A stretch of DNA of 64,000 nt from Chiloscyllium plagiosum (Eukaryota). The stretch spans positions 83,712,624-83,776,623 of the forward strand of contig NC_057718.1 of assembly GCF_004010195.1 (NCBI RefSeq), in the 5' to 3' direction. Below the pieces are notes generated by a model that worked only from the letters and a program-made list of their open reading frames with translations, did not search any database and had not been told where the DNA came from. Below are positions 1 through 11,479 of the stretch, piece after piece. The number at the start of each line of letters is the position of its first letter. Within the stretch, counting starts at the first letter, position 1. The position numbers and the translations under genes were made by a program.

Positions 1-920
1 GTAACAACCATCAGGGAAGTGGTATTGAGCAAATTATTGGAGCTGCAGATTGACAAGTCCCAGGATCCCAACGTATTTTTATCCTAGGGTCTTGAAAGTA
101 GTGGCTAGTAATGTAATAAATGCATTGGTTAATTTTTTTCAAAATTTCCTGACTTCAGTTCCATTAGATTGGAAAATATAAAGTGTCATGCCTTTATTCA
201 GAAAGGAAAGGAGATAGAGCAATAAACTACAGGTCAGTTAACTTGGCAGGGCGAATGTGTTTGAAACTATTATTAAAGCACAACATTACTAAACCTCAAA
301 GTAATCAGGCAACATGGTTTTGTGAAAAAGAAATGGTGTCCAATTAATTTATTGGAGCTCTTCTGACGAAACAGCATGTGCTATGGATAAAGGGGACTAG
401 TTGATGTGTAGTACTTGGATTGCCAGAAGATCCATTTTAGCAGGAAAATTAAATATAGCATATTATCCAAATAGTGATAGGAGAGCTTTGAGATAGAGTA
501 ATCTACATTTCCTGCTATTTAAATGGCATTACTTTAATTTGCAGGTATAGCAAGTAATTATGAAAGCTAATTGAGTGCCACTGATTAAGACTAAGTAGAC
601 CAGTTATGTTTCAGTTATACATGACACTGGTACCACATCAGGAGTACCACGTAAATGCATTGATTACCTCATTGCAGCTAAGATGTCAGCCTGGTGGACA
701 TAGTTCAGCAAAGCTTACTCGAGCGATATGGGTGGGTTTTCGAATGAGGAATGGTTGTGGACTGGCAAGGTTTCTCTCTGCTGGAATTGAAGAGTAAGAG
801 GTGAATTATTTGAAACAAAGATCCTAAGGAGTCTTGACAGTACGCATGTGGAAAAAAAAATGTTTCCTCTGGTGGGACAGTTTAGAACTAAGAATATTCT
901 TTCAAATGAGGGGTTGCCCT
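1..920 (+). mobile_element. Old, degenerate CR1 LINE ORF2 (RT) and 3' fragments
   Basis: Decayed matches to the CR1 motifs seen intact at 28056-29444 (KSPGPD, W..ANV.PLF.KG, NYRPVSL, QHGF, LY.TLVRP); many stops. Confidence 0.7.
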
Positions 921-1157
921 TTTTAGACTGAGGCAAGAAAGGGGTTAATTGCAGGAAAAGCCGTGTTTTCATACAGACAGCAAACACCGAATGTAACAAG
1001 AAAGACAGGAGTTACTTCTGATAACGTGGAAGCAAAATCTTGAGGTCTCCTGAAGCAGAACCAATATTGGGATGAATGAATCTATTGAAACAACAATAAC
1101 TTGCAAGGTAGAACATTGGATTCTTATACAACACCAGACCAAAACTCCACATGGATC

Positions 1158-1360
1158 AAAAATGTGTTGCTGGAAAAGCGCAGCAGGTCAGGGAGCATCA
1201 AAGGAACAGGAGAATCGACGTTTCGGGAATAAGCCCTTCTTCAGGCTTTTGCCCGAAACGTCGATTCTCCTGTTCCTTTGATGCTCCCTGACCTGCTGCG
1301 CTTTTCCAGCAACACATTTTTAAGCTCTGATCTCCAGCATCTGCAGTCCTCACTTTCTCC
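1158..1360. mobile_element. Short Penelope-like element terminus with inverted duplication
   Basis: Same sequence as the 3' end of the PLE at 49373-51092; perfect 70-bp inverted repeat 1158-1227/1252-1321; flanking duplication ctccacaWggatcaaa (1145-1160, 1357-1372). Confidence 0.85.
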
Positions 1361-2492
1361 ACAAGGATCAAACCTTGGACACACCCAGAGACAGATTCCA
1401 TTATTAATTGGTAACAACCAAGTTGAGTTGGGAGGCTTAACTTGCTTACTTGAGGGGTCTATGTTGGTTGCTGCATGCAATAAAGTTGAAATCATTGTTT
1501 CAGTACTTGATTGGTTGAGAGATTTCTTAACAAGTTAGCCAAATTAAAAAGGTAGTCTATGGTGATTTACCTACAACAATACCAAAACCTTTTTAATTTT
1601 AGCAAAGTTGGAGCTTTCTCATTTGTTGGAAAACTAACTTCTCTCTCCAATGAGGTATTTTTCAACACACCAACCCTTTCCTATTCCTCACCTCACCTTA
1701 TTTTCCACTAGTTGCCCAATTGAAGTATTTCCCATCCTCAAATAAAGTGACCTTGTTATTTGCACAAAACTACACGCACTATGTGCCCCATTGTAAATTG
1801 AACTTCACCCCAGTTTCATGCTCCCATTCTCTCCCTTTCCTTCCTTCTTATATTATCAACATGATTGTCAAAACATGACAATGTTCCACAGAAAAAAATC
1901 AAAGTTACTTTACAAGGTTAAGTTTCAAATCAGTGGATTGCTCCATGTTAAAATATTATCAAAGACGTTAAGTATTTGTGATGCCAATGAGCTGGCTTTG
2001 ATAATATTTCTTTAATTTATTATCGAAGACATTTAGAACTAATCACTACATTAAAACATTCAAATACTAAAATCTTAATTTTATAATGGGTGGTTTTCAA
2101 CGGTTCAATTGAAGAAACAAAAACTCAGACAGAACCCACACTTCACAGAAATCTTAGTGACAAAAATAACTTGCGGCTTTTCTAACCAAAGAAACAAAAA
2201 ATACCTTTGCACTGCTGAAAGATGTAGCAAAGTCCAAAACGTATGATTCTTGCCAGGAACAAAATGTAGCTGCACAAAACCACTGCATGCCTGCTATCAA
2301 ACATGGGTGAATACTTCAAAAGAATACTGGTGGTTTCCTTTCTCACACTTCAAAAAAGGTTATTATACTATAAATACATTGAAAGGCTTTTATAAATATT
2401 GAACAAGAATTATCTGAAGTGTAAAATCAGTCCAGTTGTGATACTTGCATGTTACTGTTGTGGTTCTGTTCGCTGAGCTGGAAATTTTTGTT

Positions 2493-2532
2493 GCAAACGT
2501 TTCATCCCCTGTCTAGGTGACATCCTCAGTGC
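2493..2532 (-). ncRNA. Minimal type I hammerhead ribozyme motif (PLE-associated)
   Basis: Reverse complement reads GCA-CUGAGGA-U-GUCACCU-AGAC-AGGGGAU-GAAA-CGUU-UGC. Confidence 0.7.
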
Positions 2533-3407
2533 TTGGGAGCCTCCTGTGAAACGCTTGTGTGGTGTTTCCTCCAGCATTTATAGTGGCCTGTCCCTGCCGC
2601 TTCCGGTTGTCAGTTTCAGCTGTCCGCTGTAGTGGCCGGTATATTGGGTCCAGGTCGATGTGTTTGTTGATGGAGTTTGTGGATGAGTGCCATGCTTCTA
2701 GGAATTCCCTGGCTGTTCTTTGTTTGGCTTGCCCTATAATGGTAGTGTTGTCCCAGAAACACCACAGAAGCGCTTCACAGGAGGATCCCAAGCACTGAGG
2801 AAATATGCCTTTGGCAGGCAGAGTTTAGAGATGTACAGCACATAAACAGACCCTGGAGTCCAACTTGTCCATGCCGACCAGATATCCTAAATTAATCTAG
2901 TCACTGTGGTCCTGTTCGCTGAGCTGGAAGTTTTTGTCTAGGTGACATCCTCAGTGCTTGGGAGCCTCTTGTGAAGCGCTTCTGTGGTGTTTCCTCCAGC
3001 ATTTATAGTGGCCTGTCTCTGCCGCTTCCAGTTGTTAGTTTCAGCTGTCCGCTGTAGTGGCCGGTATATTGTGTCCAGGTCGATGTGTTTGTTGATGCCT
3101 AAGAAAAAGACAACGGAACGAGGACATGCCACAACCCAAAGGACTAGCCACACTACCATACATCAAGAACATCTCTGAAATGACAGCCAGACTACTGCGA
3201 CCACTAGGACTTATAACAGCACACAAACCAACAGCCACAATCAGACAACAACTCAATCCACAGACTCCATCAACAAACACATCGACCTGGACCCAATATA
3301 CCGGCCACTACAGCGGACAGCTGAAACTGACAACCGGAAGCGGCAGGGACAGGCCACTATAAATGCCAGAGGAAACATCACAGAAGCGCTTCACAGGAGG
3401 CTCCCAA

Positions 3408-3447
3408 GCACTGAGGATGTCACCTAGACAGGGGACGAAACGTTTGC
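3408..3447 (+). ncRNA. Minimal type I hammerhead ribozyme motif (PLE-associated)
   Basis: GCA-CUGAGGA-U-GUCACCU-AGAC-AGGGGAC-GAAA-CGUU-UGC: intact core, stem II with one A.G mismatch, palindromic ACGU stem III, GCA/UGC stem I. Confidence 0.75.
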
Positions 3448-3798
3448 AACAAAAATTTCCAGCTTGGCGAACAGAACAACAACAACGAGCACCTGAGCTA
3501 CAAATCTTCTCACAAACTTTGAACTTACATGTTACCTTTCAAATTCATTTTTTTTATTTTGGTGATCTTCTCTTTTAGATATTGATTACACAATATTGGC
3601 ACATGTTTCTTCAGTAACACTCAAAGGCTATCAGACAGGCATGTCGCATATTAAACTAAATTTAAAAAAAACTCCTCACTTTTGCTTTGAACTTTGATGG
3701 AAATGTCAAGATACAAAGTTCAGGTGTGGACACATTTGTAGCACAATAATCTGAAGATTATGGCCTCAAAGCTGGTTAACTGTGCTGTATTTAACAAG

Positions 3799-3926
3799 CC
3801 TGAAGGGCTTTTGCTCGAAACGTCCATTTTCCTGCTCCTTGGATGCCGCCTGACCTGCTGTGCGTTTCCAGCACCACTCTCTAATCTTGATCTGATCTCC
3901 AGCATCTGCAGTCCTCACTTTCGCCT
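3799..3926 (+). mobile_element. Penelope-like element 3' terminus (5'-truncated)
   Basis: gaagggcttttgctcgaaacgtc...catctgcagtcctcactttcgcc; approximate flanking duplication tgtgctRtattt. Confidence 0.8.
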
Positions 3927-4537
3927 AATTGTGCTATATTTGTCAAACATTAAGTGAATTAAAACATGGACTGTAATAAAAGACGTAGGGCTGAACTTTA
4001 CCACAAATCCACGCGGTGTCAATTCTGGCAAGCAAAGCAAGTTCTCATGCTGTGTTCCCTCGTTACCTGTGCACCACACTATGGCAGCCCACTTGTCATA
4101 TTCTCCCACTCACCATTGGAAGTAGGTGCAATTACTGTGAGACATTGGATACCTGGTTCCAGCACTATTTAAAATGCACCAAGTCAAGCGCTGGCAATTT
4201 GGAGATGCCCAGCACAGTTTGTAGTATTCACGCTAGACATGCCAAACAATTAGAAGTTGGCCCTCTTAGAGGTTCTGGTGGACACAGTGGCACGAAAGAG
4301 GGGTTCCACTTCCTGCAGGACCAGCAGAGGAAATGGCAACACCAGACTCTGCCAACCTGGTTGTCACCTAGTTCAAAGCAATGTTAGCAGTCCAGAAAGA
4401 CACCCAGCATTTACCATCTTGTCACGTTACACTCACTCCACTATTGTGCCCACCTCCCACAAAGGCTCAAGGTCACTCACGCCAATTGCCCCACACCACA
4501 AAGCGTTCATGACCTTTTTGCTGCCTACACTCAGTCT

Positions 4538-5124
4538 TGAGATATTAAAGGGTTAATTTGCTCTGCGGACCTGCAGGAAATTGGATGTCCCGAGGCTATG
4601 GTGGGATGCCTCTGACTTACGGGTAGATTGTAAGGAACTTACATTCCCATCCCTTACCATTCAGAGCCATTTGCATGGCCATTTCCTCGTTATTCAGAAT
4701 AAAAAAAAGAACTCAACAACCTATTCATAAATCACTAAGAACATTACAGTTGGAATTTTGACTACTCTGCAGTTAAAAAACGATTCACAACAAATTTGAC
4801 CATTAAGGGATGATTTACATTTTATTGTTTCTGGAAATGATGTGGTCATTGCCTTGTGTAACTGTGGCATGCAACTGTGGGGGGATGGCTGGGGGTTGTC
4901 TTCTGGACATTACTGACTCTAATGTAAAGATTTTGTGTCAAGGAAGGACAGTTTCCTTTGTTCAGAGAGATCCCTTGAAATGGCTTCGCAAGCATTGCAA
5001 AGTGTTAAGGGTTTCTCCAGAAAGCTTATACTGTACTGTGCTTAAATAAATTTTGCTGTTCAAAGTTGTGTGTTGCAGTTGCATCAAGTGCGTAAGAATT
5101 CCAACGAAAAAGATGATAATCTCA
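4538..5124. repeat. Solo-LTR-like dispersed repeat, copy 1
   Basis: TGAGAT...ATCTCA termini; colinear inverted homolog at 13825-14418. Confidence 0.55.
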
Positions 5125-8005
5125 CAACCTTGCCCCACTTGCACCTACTCTTGCTCAGCCCAGTCTACCCCAGCACCTTTAACCTTGAATGGTCTACATG
5201 CTGCCTACTCATTCATACAAAATACCTCACCACCATTTCCCCACATGGACCAACCCTAACAGCTGTGTTAGCCACATTCTCTTTACTTAATCCCTCCTTT
5301 GTCTCATTCCATAACAAAATAAACCACAATAAGGAGTCAGCCAGCACCGCTGACAGGTGTCTGATATTTGCTCTTCATCCATGAGAATCCTGGTACTGTC
5401 TGCTGAGGACAACAACCATTGATGCAGTGATGCCAAACATGCACGTCCCAGCAACCATGTAAGAAGCACTGCATTATTATGCTAGTCTACCCATTGTTCA
5501 TTACACGTTCTTTTGTTTTCTGATGGTACCAGTGGCATCTCTGTGGTCTTAGTGGCTAAGAGGCGAGCCCCACAACACATTTCTTCCTCCAGCTCTGAAG
5601 AAGCCATGTATCCTGCAGAGCATGCACAAGCAAAAGCAGACTCCTGAAGCCTCCACCAGGTCAGATATTGAAAAACCTGGCCAGTACTTTAGCTGGATTA
5701 GAGTTGGGAGCACCTCCCAGTGAGCATATCACAACTATGGTTGAGGAACAAACACCTCAGGTCACTGGCACTTGGAGGACTGCTGGAGACCAGGCATTTG
5801 CTTTGCCTCAGGCTCAACAGGATCCCATGGTGTCAGCCATTATGAACTTTATTCAAATGCAGAAGCAGACACAGGAGCAGCAGACAGGTTTGCTGAAGGC
5901 ACTAGGTAGGCTGACAATGGTTGCAAGACTGCACCAACAATATCTGCATCATGCTTGCCTCAAGCATGCAAGCATCTGGCTACCTCCATGCATACAAAGC
6001 ACTCAGTTTGCTGGATAAATGCATGGAGCTATGCTCCTCTACTCTCGCCACAGGTGCTCAGCATCAATAGTAAGGATGAAGGGAGTTAAGGGATCTTATT
6101 ATTCCAGGTGCCTCTTGCTCAAAAGATGACAGAAAAGGTGCCAGTAGGTTCCTAGCTGGAGGAGGTACCACATACAAGCACCCAGAAGTCTCCTTTCAAG
6201 CCACTTCAGAAGTGACTGAGCCTTTCACCTGCCCTAACAGTCCCATGTGGGACTTCAAGTTCAGAAAGGTATACCCGCCTCTCGGAAGTACACAAATCTG
6301 GGCTCTCTAACCATCAAATGCCCATGGTTCCTGCTCAAAACTCCAAGATTAATGGGTTCCACAACAAGGCAGGACTGCATCTAGATGTAGATGGAGGAAA
6401 TGGAAGACCATCTGAGGGCATACAGATGTCAAATTACATTTCATTCTAAATATATGTTCACTTTTCATCAAACGCTGTGCGAGCAAATGTTTAGTTACAA
6501 CTACAAGATGGAAGATACCAGATCCCGGCCATCTTAATGCTACACAAGGTATTAGGATGTGAAGGGAGAAGCTCTTACACCATATGCAGGTTACGAAAAC
6601 TTGGAAGATGCTTTGAACTTGGACAAGTATCCTTCCAGGCCGCAATATGTTGCTTGTGTATCACAAATATTACTGGCATCAATTCTTCGTGATGCATGTG
6701 GTCAAAGCTGCTTGAAGCCAGGATCTGCAATCCATAAGGTAATGCCCAAGGTTCACATACAGCATGTCGTGCCTGCAGGTGTCTTTTTCTTCTATATCAT
6801 AAGGGAATATAACTTTTTTATGAAGCCTTCAAAAGGCAAAAATAAAAGCTCACTCAGAACGAAATACATATGCCATGCACTTGGCATGCAGTAAATGGCA
6901 TTCATTTTTCAGTTCCATTGCACACTTGCTATTTGCATTAAGATGGAAGGAAGCATCAATCACATTTCATACAGCAAGTTTCAGGCTCAGTCATCTATCC
7001 TTGGTGAACCCCCAAATATACACATTGCCTTCTTGGTAGCCATTCCCATCAACCCCATTGATTTTGAACCTCCCCACATTTGTACCCAAACCAATAATCA
7101 AACTGGTCATCTGCTACTTTATTCCTCCAAGCCCCAGGCAGAGAGGCAATATACTAGTAGTCATACGTCGCCTCCTCCAAAGGCATGGTAGTGTTGACTG
7201 CTGATAACTCTCCTACTCACCCCCACCCCAACCCCTGGCATGCTTTACTTTCTGTTCCCCTTTTCCACATGGTTCGTTACCATCCTCACAACCGTAGTCC
7301 ACATGTATCCCAGTTGACTGACTCCAGTCCCCACAAATGAGTCCCCCAGCTTTCCTCCCACAGCAGTGGTCCAGATACTAATCCCCTTGACTTTTATTGA
7401 ACAGACAGTGATAACTTACCATGGCCCACCCCTTTGACCAAATGGGATGGACAGCTGCAATTAATGGCTGGCCAGACCCCGACTGATCTTTGTGCAGCTC
7501 CCAGAATTTCCTACAACTCCTCAAACTGGTGGTATGGGCCCAAAGGAACAACCTTGGCCCACTCCCCAGACACAACACCCCGACTCCAACTGGCCAAGCA
7601 GCCAACTGAATGTACCCAAGCCTCAACACTGATAATGAGAGGTTGTTCTTAATTTACTCTTCTGGGACCACTTGACGAAAGGATATCTACTTTGACTTCA
7701 CTGACGACTACTCTCCCAAAACTGAGAGACATGGCAACTTAAGTGCAACCATAAGGCGTAGGTATGAGATTGACATCATATGCGGCTACACAACAACACA
7801 TCTGTCTCCTTGACTGACAACTGCTTAGAACCATGACCAGCTATCTTGTTTTGTGTCTGCACTAAAAGGCAAGTCATAACATAGGTACTGAAACCATTCA
7901 AGCTCTGGAAAAAGGGGACAAATTGCAAAAAAGCATGGTAAGATAGAAATACTGTTAGCTTCCAAGCAGATGCAAAATAAGTGAACACTAAGCTGAATGA
8001 GGACA

Positions 8006-9081
8006 TAGTGGACAGCGAAGAGGGTTACCTCAGATTACAACAGGATCTTGACCAAATGGGCCAATGGGCTGAGAAGTGGTAGATGGAGTTTAATTCAGAT
8101 AAATGCGAGATCCTGCATTTTGGGAAAACAAATCTTAGCAGGACTTATACACTTAATGGTAAGTTCCCAGGGAGTATTGCTGAACAAAGATACCTTGGAG
8201 TGCAGGTTCATAGCTCCTTGAAAGTAGAGTCGCAGGTAGATAGGATAGTGAAGCTGGCGTTTGGTATGCTTTCCTTTATTAGTCAGAGTATTGAGTACAG
8301 GAGTTGGGAGGTCATGTTGCAGCTGTACCGGACATTGGTTAGGCCACTGTTGGAATATTGTGGGCAATTCTGGTCTCCTTCCTATCGGAAAGATGTTGTG
8401 AAACTTGAAAGGGTTCAGAAAAGATTTACAAGGATATTGCCAGGGTTGAAGGATTTGAGCTATAGGAAGAGGCTGAACAGGCTGTTTTCCCCGGCGCGTC
8501 GGAGGCTAAGGGGTGACCTTATAGAGGTTTACAAAATTATGAGGGGCATGGATATGGTAAATAGGCAAAGTCTCTTCCCTGGGGTCAGGGAGTCCAGAAC
8601 TAGACGGCATAGGTTTAGGATTATTGGTGCTGGAAGAGCACAGCAGTTCAGGCAGCATCCAAGGAGCAGCGAAATCGGGCTTTTGCCCGAAATGTCGATT
8701 TCGCTGCTCCTTGGATGCTGCCTGAACTGCTGTGCTCTTCCAGCACCAATAAACCAGAATCTGGTTTCCAGCATCTGCAGTCACTGTTTTTACCTCGGCA
8801 TAGGTTTAGGGTGAGGGGGAAAAGATATAAAAGAGACCTAAGGGGCAACTTTTTCACACAGAGGGTGGTACGTGTATGGAATGAACTGCCAGAGGAAGTG
8901 GTGGAGGCTGGTACAATTGCAACATTTAAAAGGCATTTGGATGGGTATATGAATAGGAAGGGTTTGGAGGGATATGGGCCGGGTGCTGGCAGATGGGACT
9001 ACATTTGGTTGGGATAGCTGATCGGCATGGATGGGTTGGACCGAACAGTCTGTTGCCATGCTGTACATCTCTATGACTCTA
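8006..9081 (+). mobile_element. CR1 LINE 3' fragment interrupted by a PLE hairpin
   Basis: ORF 8083-8814 is CR1 ORF2 C-terminus (MEFN.DKCE.LHFG, LYRTLVRPLLEYC.QFWSP, LRGDLIEVYKIM); ctctatgactct tail. Confidence 0.95.
8620..8795. mobile_element. Penelope-like terminus with inverted duplication, nested in CR1
   Basis: Perfect 57-bp inverted repeat 8621-8677/8696-8752; perfect 15-bp TSD cggcataggtttagg (8605-8619, 8796-8810). Confidence 0.9.
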
Positions 9082-10194
9082 CATCCTGGGAGGTGCAATC
9101 TATGAAATAAATACCTGACCTTACATGCAAAGTGTCTTTGCAGCAGCATTCAAAAATGGTGGGTGCATGTCTACGCACCCAGAGACGTTGGTGGCTGATG
9201 TCAAAGATGGAGGGCCGGAGAAGTTAGCAACAAATTGGATATGCAAGGCCACCACTCAAATTTGCATGCCAGGAACTGTCATGATTCAATGTCTATCTGA
9301 CACACGGGAGAATGGGAAGCTGTGTATAAATTAAACAAAATTCAATAATAATGAGATGTTAATACATGCTACTACATGCACTATGCCGCTCATCACTCAC
9401 TGTTGAGAAGCACACCTCGTCATTCTCAACATGAAGAATTCCAAACTGGCCATCTTCTAAGACTTTCCGAACATTCTCACTAATACCATGTCAGTGATGA
9501 GGAATATTCTACCATTTTTGTCATTGACACTTCAAAAGAATAAACTTACCCACAACTTGAAAGCCACTTCTGAATCCCTCTCTCACTCTCAGACAGTACA
9601 TTCTAAATCCGAACTATGTACTGCCTGAAGGTTAAAAGCAGCACAGCATGTGCACGATTCCCAGATCCCCACAAGTTTTGGACCCATACATAAAAAATTA
9701 GGGCTGCAATTCATCTGGTTTTGTTGAGGTACAGTTGCCTGTTTAAAAGTTACTAGACAAATTAAATCAGTCTCAAGCACACTTCAAACAAGCAGTCAGC
9801 AGTAAAAAGTTGAAAGCATAGTTCCATCCACTCCAGCCAACCTTGAAGTATTGAATGACTAGGACCTGCATTCAATATTACATGCTAATCAAGGTAGGCT
9901 GATTCTAATTATCCTTCTCTTACTGCTTACCTTTATTGAGGTGAGCAATTCAATACAGACCAAGAATCAAAAGGCTTTTAAAAATGGTTACGTGCAGTAA
10001 CTTGAAAATATGATTTGATTTATTAAAAAGTAATTAAAAAAAAAGTCAGATGATAGAAAACTTGACAAATAAAACAAAAGAGCATTTGGTCCTTTGCATC
10101 TGTGCCAATTGACAAAGAACCAGCTGGCATAATATACCTCTCTCCACAAAGTCTACATTCCTGCAAGTCACAGTTCAAGTTGCAACATTTAAAT

Positions 10195-10960
10195 ATTTGG
10201 GAAAGCAAATCTTAGCAAGACTTATACAGTTAATGGTAAGGTCTTAGGGAGTGTTGCTGAACAAAGAGACCTTGGAGTGCAGGTTATTAATTCCTTGAAA
10301 GTGGAGTTGCAGGATAGGATAGTGAAGGTGGTGTTTGGTATGCTTGCCTTTATTGGTCAGAGTATTGAGTCCAGGAGTTGGGAGGTCATGTTGCGGCTGT
10401 ACAGGACATTGGTTAGGCCACTTTTGGAATATTGCGTGCAGTTCTGGTCTCCTTCCTTATTGGAAGGATGTTGTGAAACTTGAAAGGGTTCAGAAAAAAA
10501 TTACAAAGATGTTGCCAGGGTAGGAGGAATTGAGCTATAGGGAGAGGATGAATAGGTTGGGGCTGTTTTCCCCAGAGCACCAGAGGCCGAGGAGTGACCT
10601 TATAGAGGTTATTAAAATCATGAAGGGCATGGATAGGATAAGGTAGGTCTTTACCCTGGGGTGGGAGAGTACACAACTAGAGGGAATAGGTTTAGGTGAG
10701 AGGGGAAAGATATAAAAGAGACTTAAGGGGAAACTTTTTCATACAGAGGGTGGTACGTGTATGAAATGAGCTGCCAGAGGAAATGGTGGAGGCTCGTACA
10801 ATTGCAACATTTAAAAAGGCATCTGGATGGGTATATGAAAAGGAAGAGTTTGGAGGGATGTGGGCCGGGTGCTGGCAGGTGGGACTAGATTGGGTTGGGA
10901 TATCTGGTTGGCATGGACGAGTTGGACCAAAGGGTCTGTTTCTGTGCTATACATCTGTAT
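10195..10960 (+). mobile_element. CR1 LINE 3' fragment
   Basis: Near-identical to 8120-9081; frameshifted ORF2 C-terminus. Confidence 0.95.
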
Positions 10961-11059
10961 GTATCTATGTATTTTGGATGTCAAGTGTTTTGACCTCCAC
11001 AATACTGAGGCACAGTGTTCCAGATCGTTGCAGCTTTTTAGTTTAAAAAGAAAATTTCA

Positions 11060-11245
11060 TAAAATGCCAAACTGGTCAAAGAGGCTATTTGGCCCATCGA
11101 ATCTGTATTGACCCTCCGAAGAGCACCCACCCAGTCCACTCCCCCACTCTATCCCCACAATCCCATGTTTACCATGGATAATGCCGTTCTTTTACGTATC
11201 CCTGAACACGGAAGGGCAATTTTGCTGAGTCAATCCACCTAATCT
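11060..11245 (-). mobile_element. Diverged HE1/V-type SINE 3' part
   Basis: Resembles the reverse-complement tails of the SINEs at 23783 and 53248. Confidence 0.55.
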
Positions 11246-11479
11246 TCTTCCCTCTAATTGTACTTTTTACTTCAAGCCTACATCTCTTCATTTGAGCTCT
11301 ACTATGATAAACAGGTTATGTCCAAGTACCTAATCAAAGTCCCTTCATTTTAAAGTCCTTAATTAGGCCAATCCCCAGCTTTTTCTGCTCTTAAACAACA
11401 AGTGCTCCAATCCTGCCACTTAGCCACATATTTTCTACTCCTAGCAACTTCCTTTTACACCTCCTCCATGCCTTCTCCA

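Larger units (their letters stand above)
2456..3522. mobile_element. Rearranged Penelope-like element (Penelope/Poseidon-type) 3' region with inverted segments
   Basis: ORF fragments TLPYIKNISEMTARLLRPLG..AHKPTATIRQQL and REFLEAWHS..SINKH, typical of the PLE linker and GIY-YIG C-terminus; terminal repeat present in both orientations; 13-bp TSD acttRcatgttac (2443-2455, 3523-3535). Confidence 0.85.
3988..9513. mobile_element. Highly degenerate PIF/Harbinger-like DNA transposon carrying later insertions
   Basis: Myb/SANT-like remnant LEVLVDTV..R...Q.Q.RK....T..W at about 4260-4365 (+); homology of about 5595-5710 to about 15630-15730; faint transposase-like motifs on the minus strand at about 6600-7000; ends are uncertain. 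Confidence 0.4.

Noticed and set aside
2205..2367. Possible minus-strand exon ending AAG|gtattt
   Set aside because: Weak acceptor, and no frame resembles RDH13 exon 2 (expected a GKTV.ITGAN.GIG motif)
8083..8814. Longest ORF (243 aa) as a gene
   Set aside because: Chimera of CR1 ORF2 and a PLE hairpin read-through
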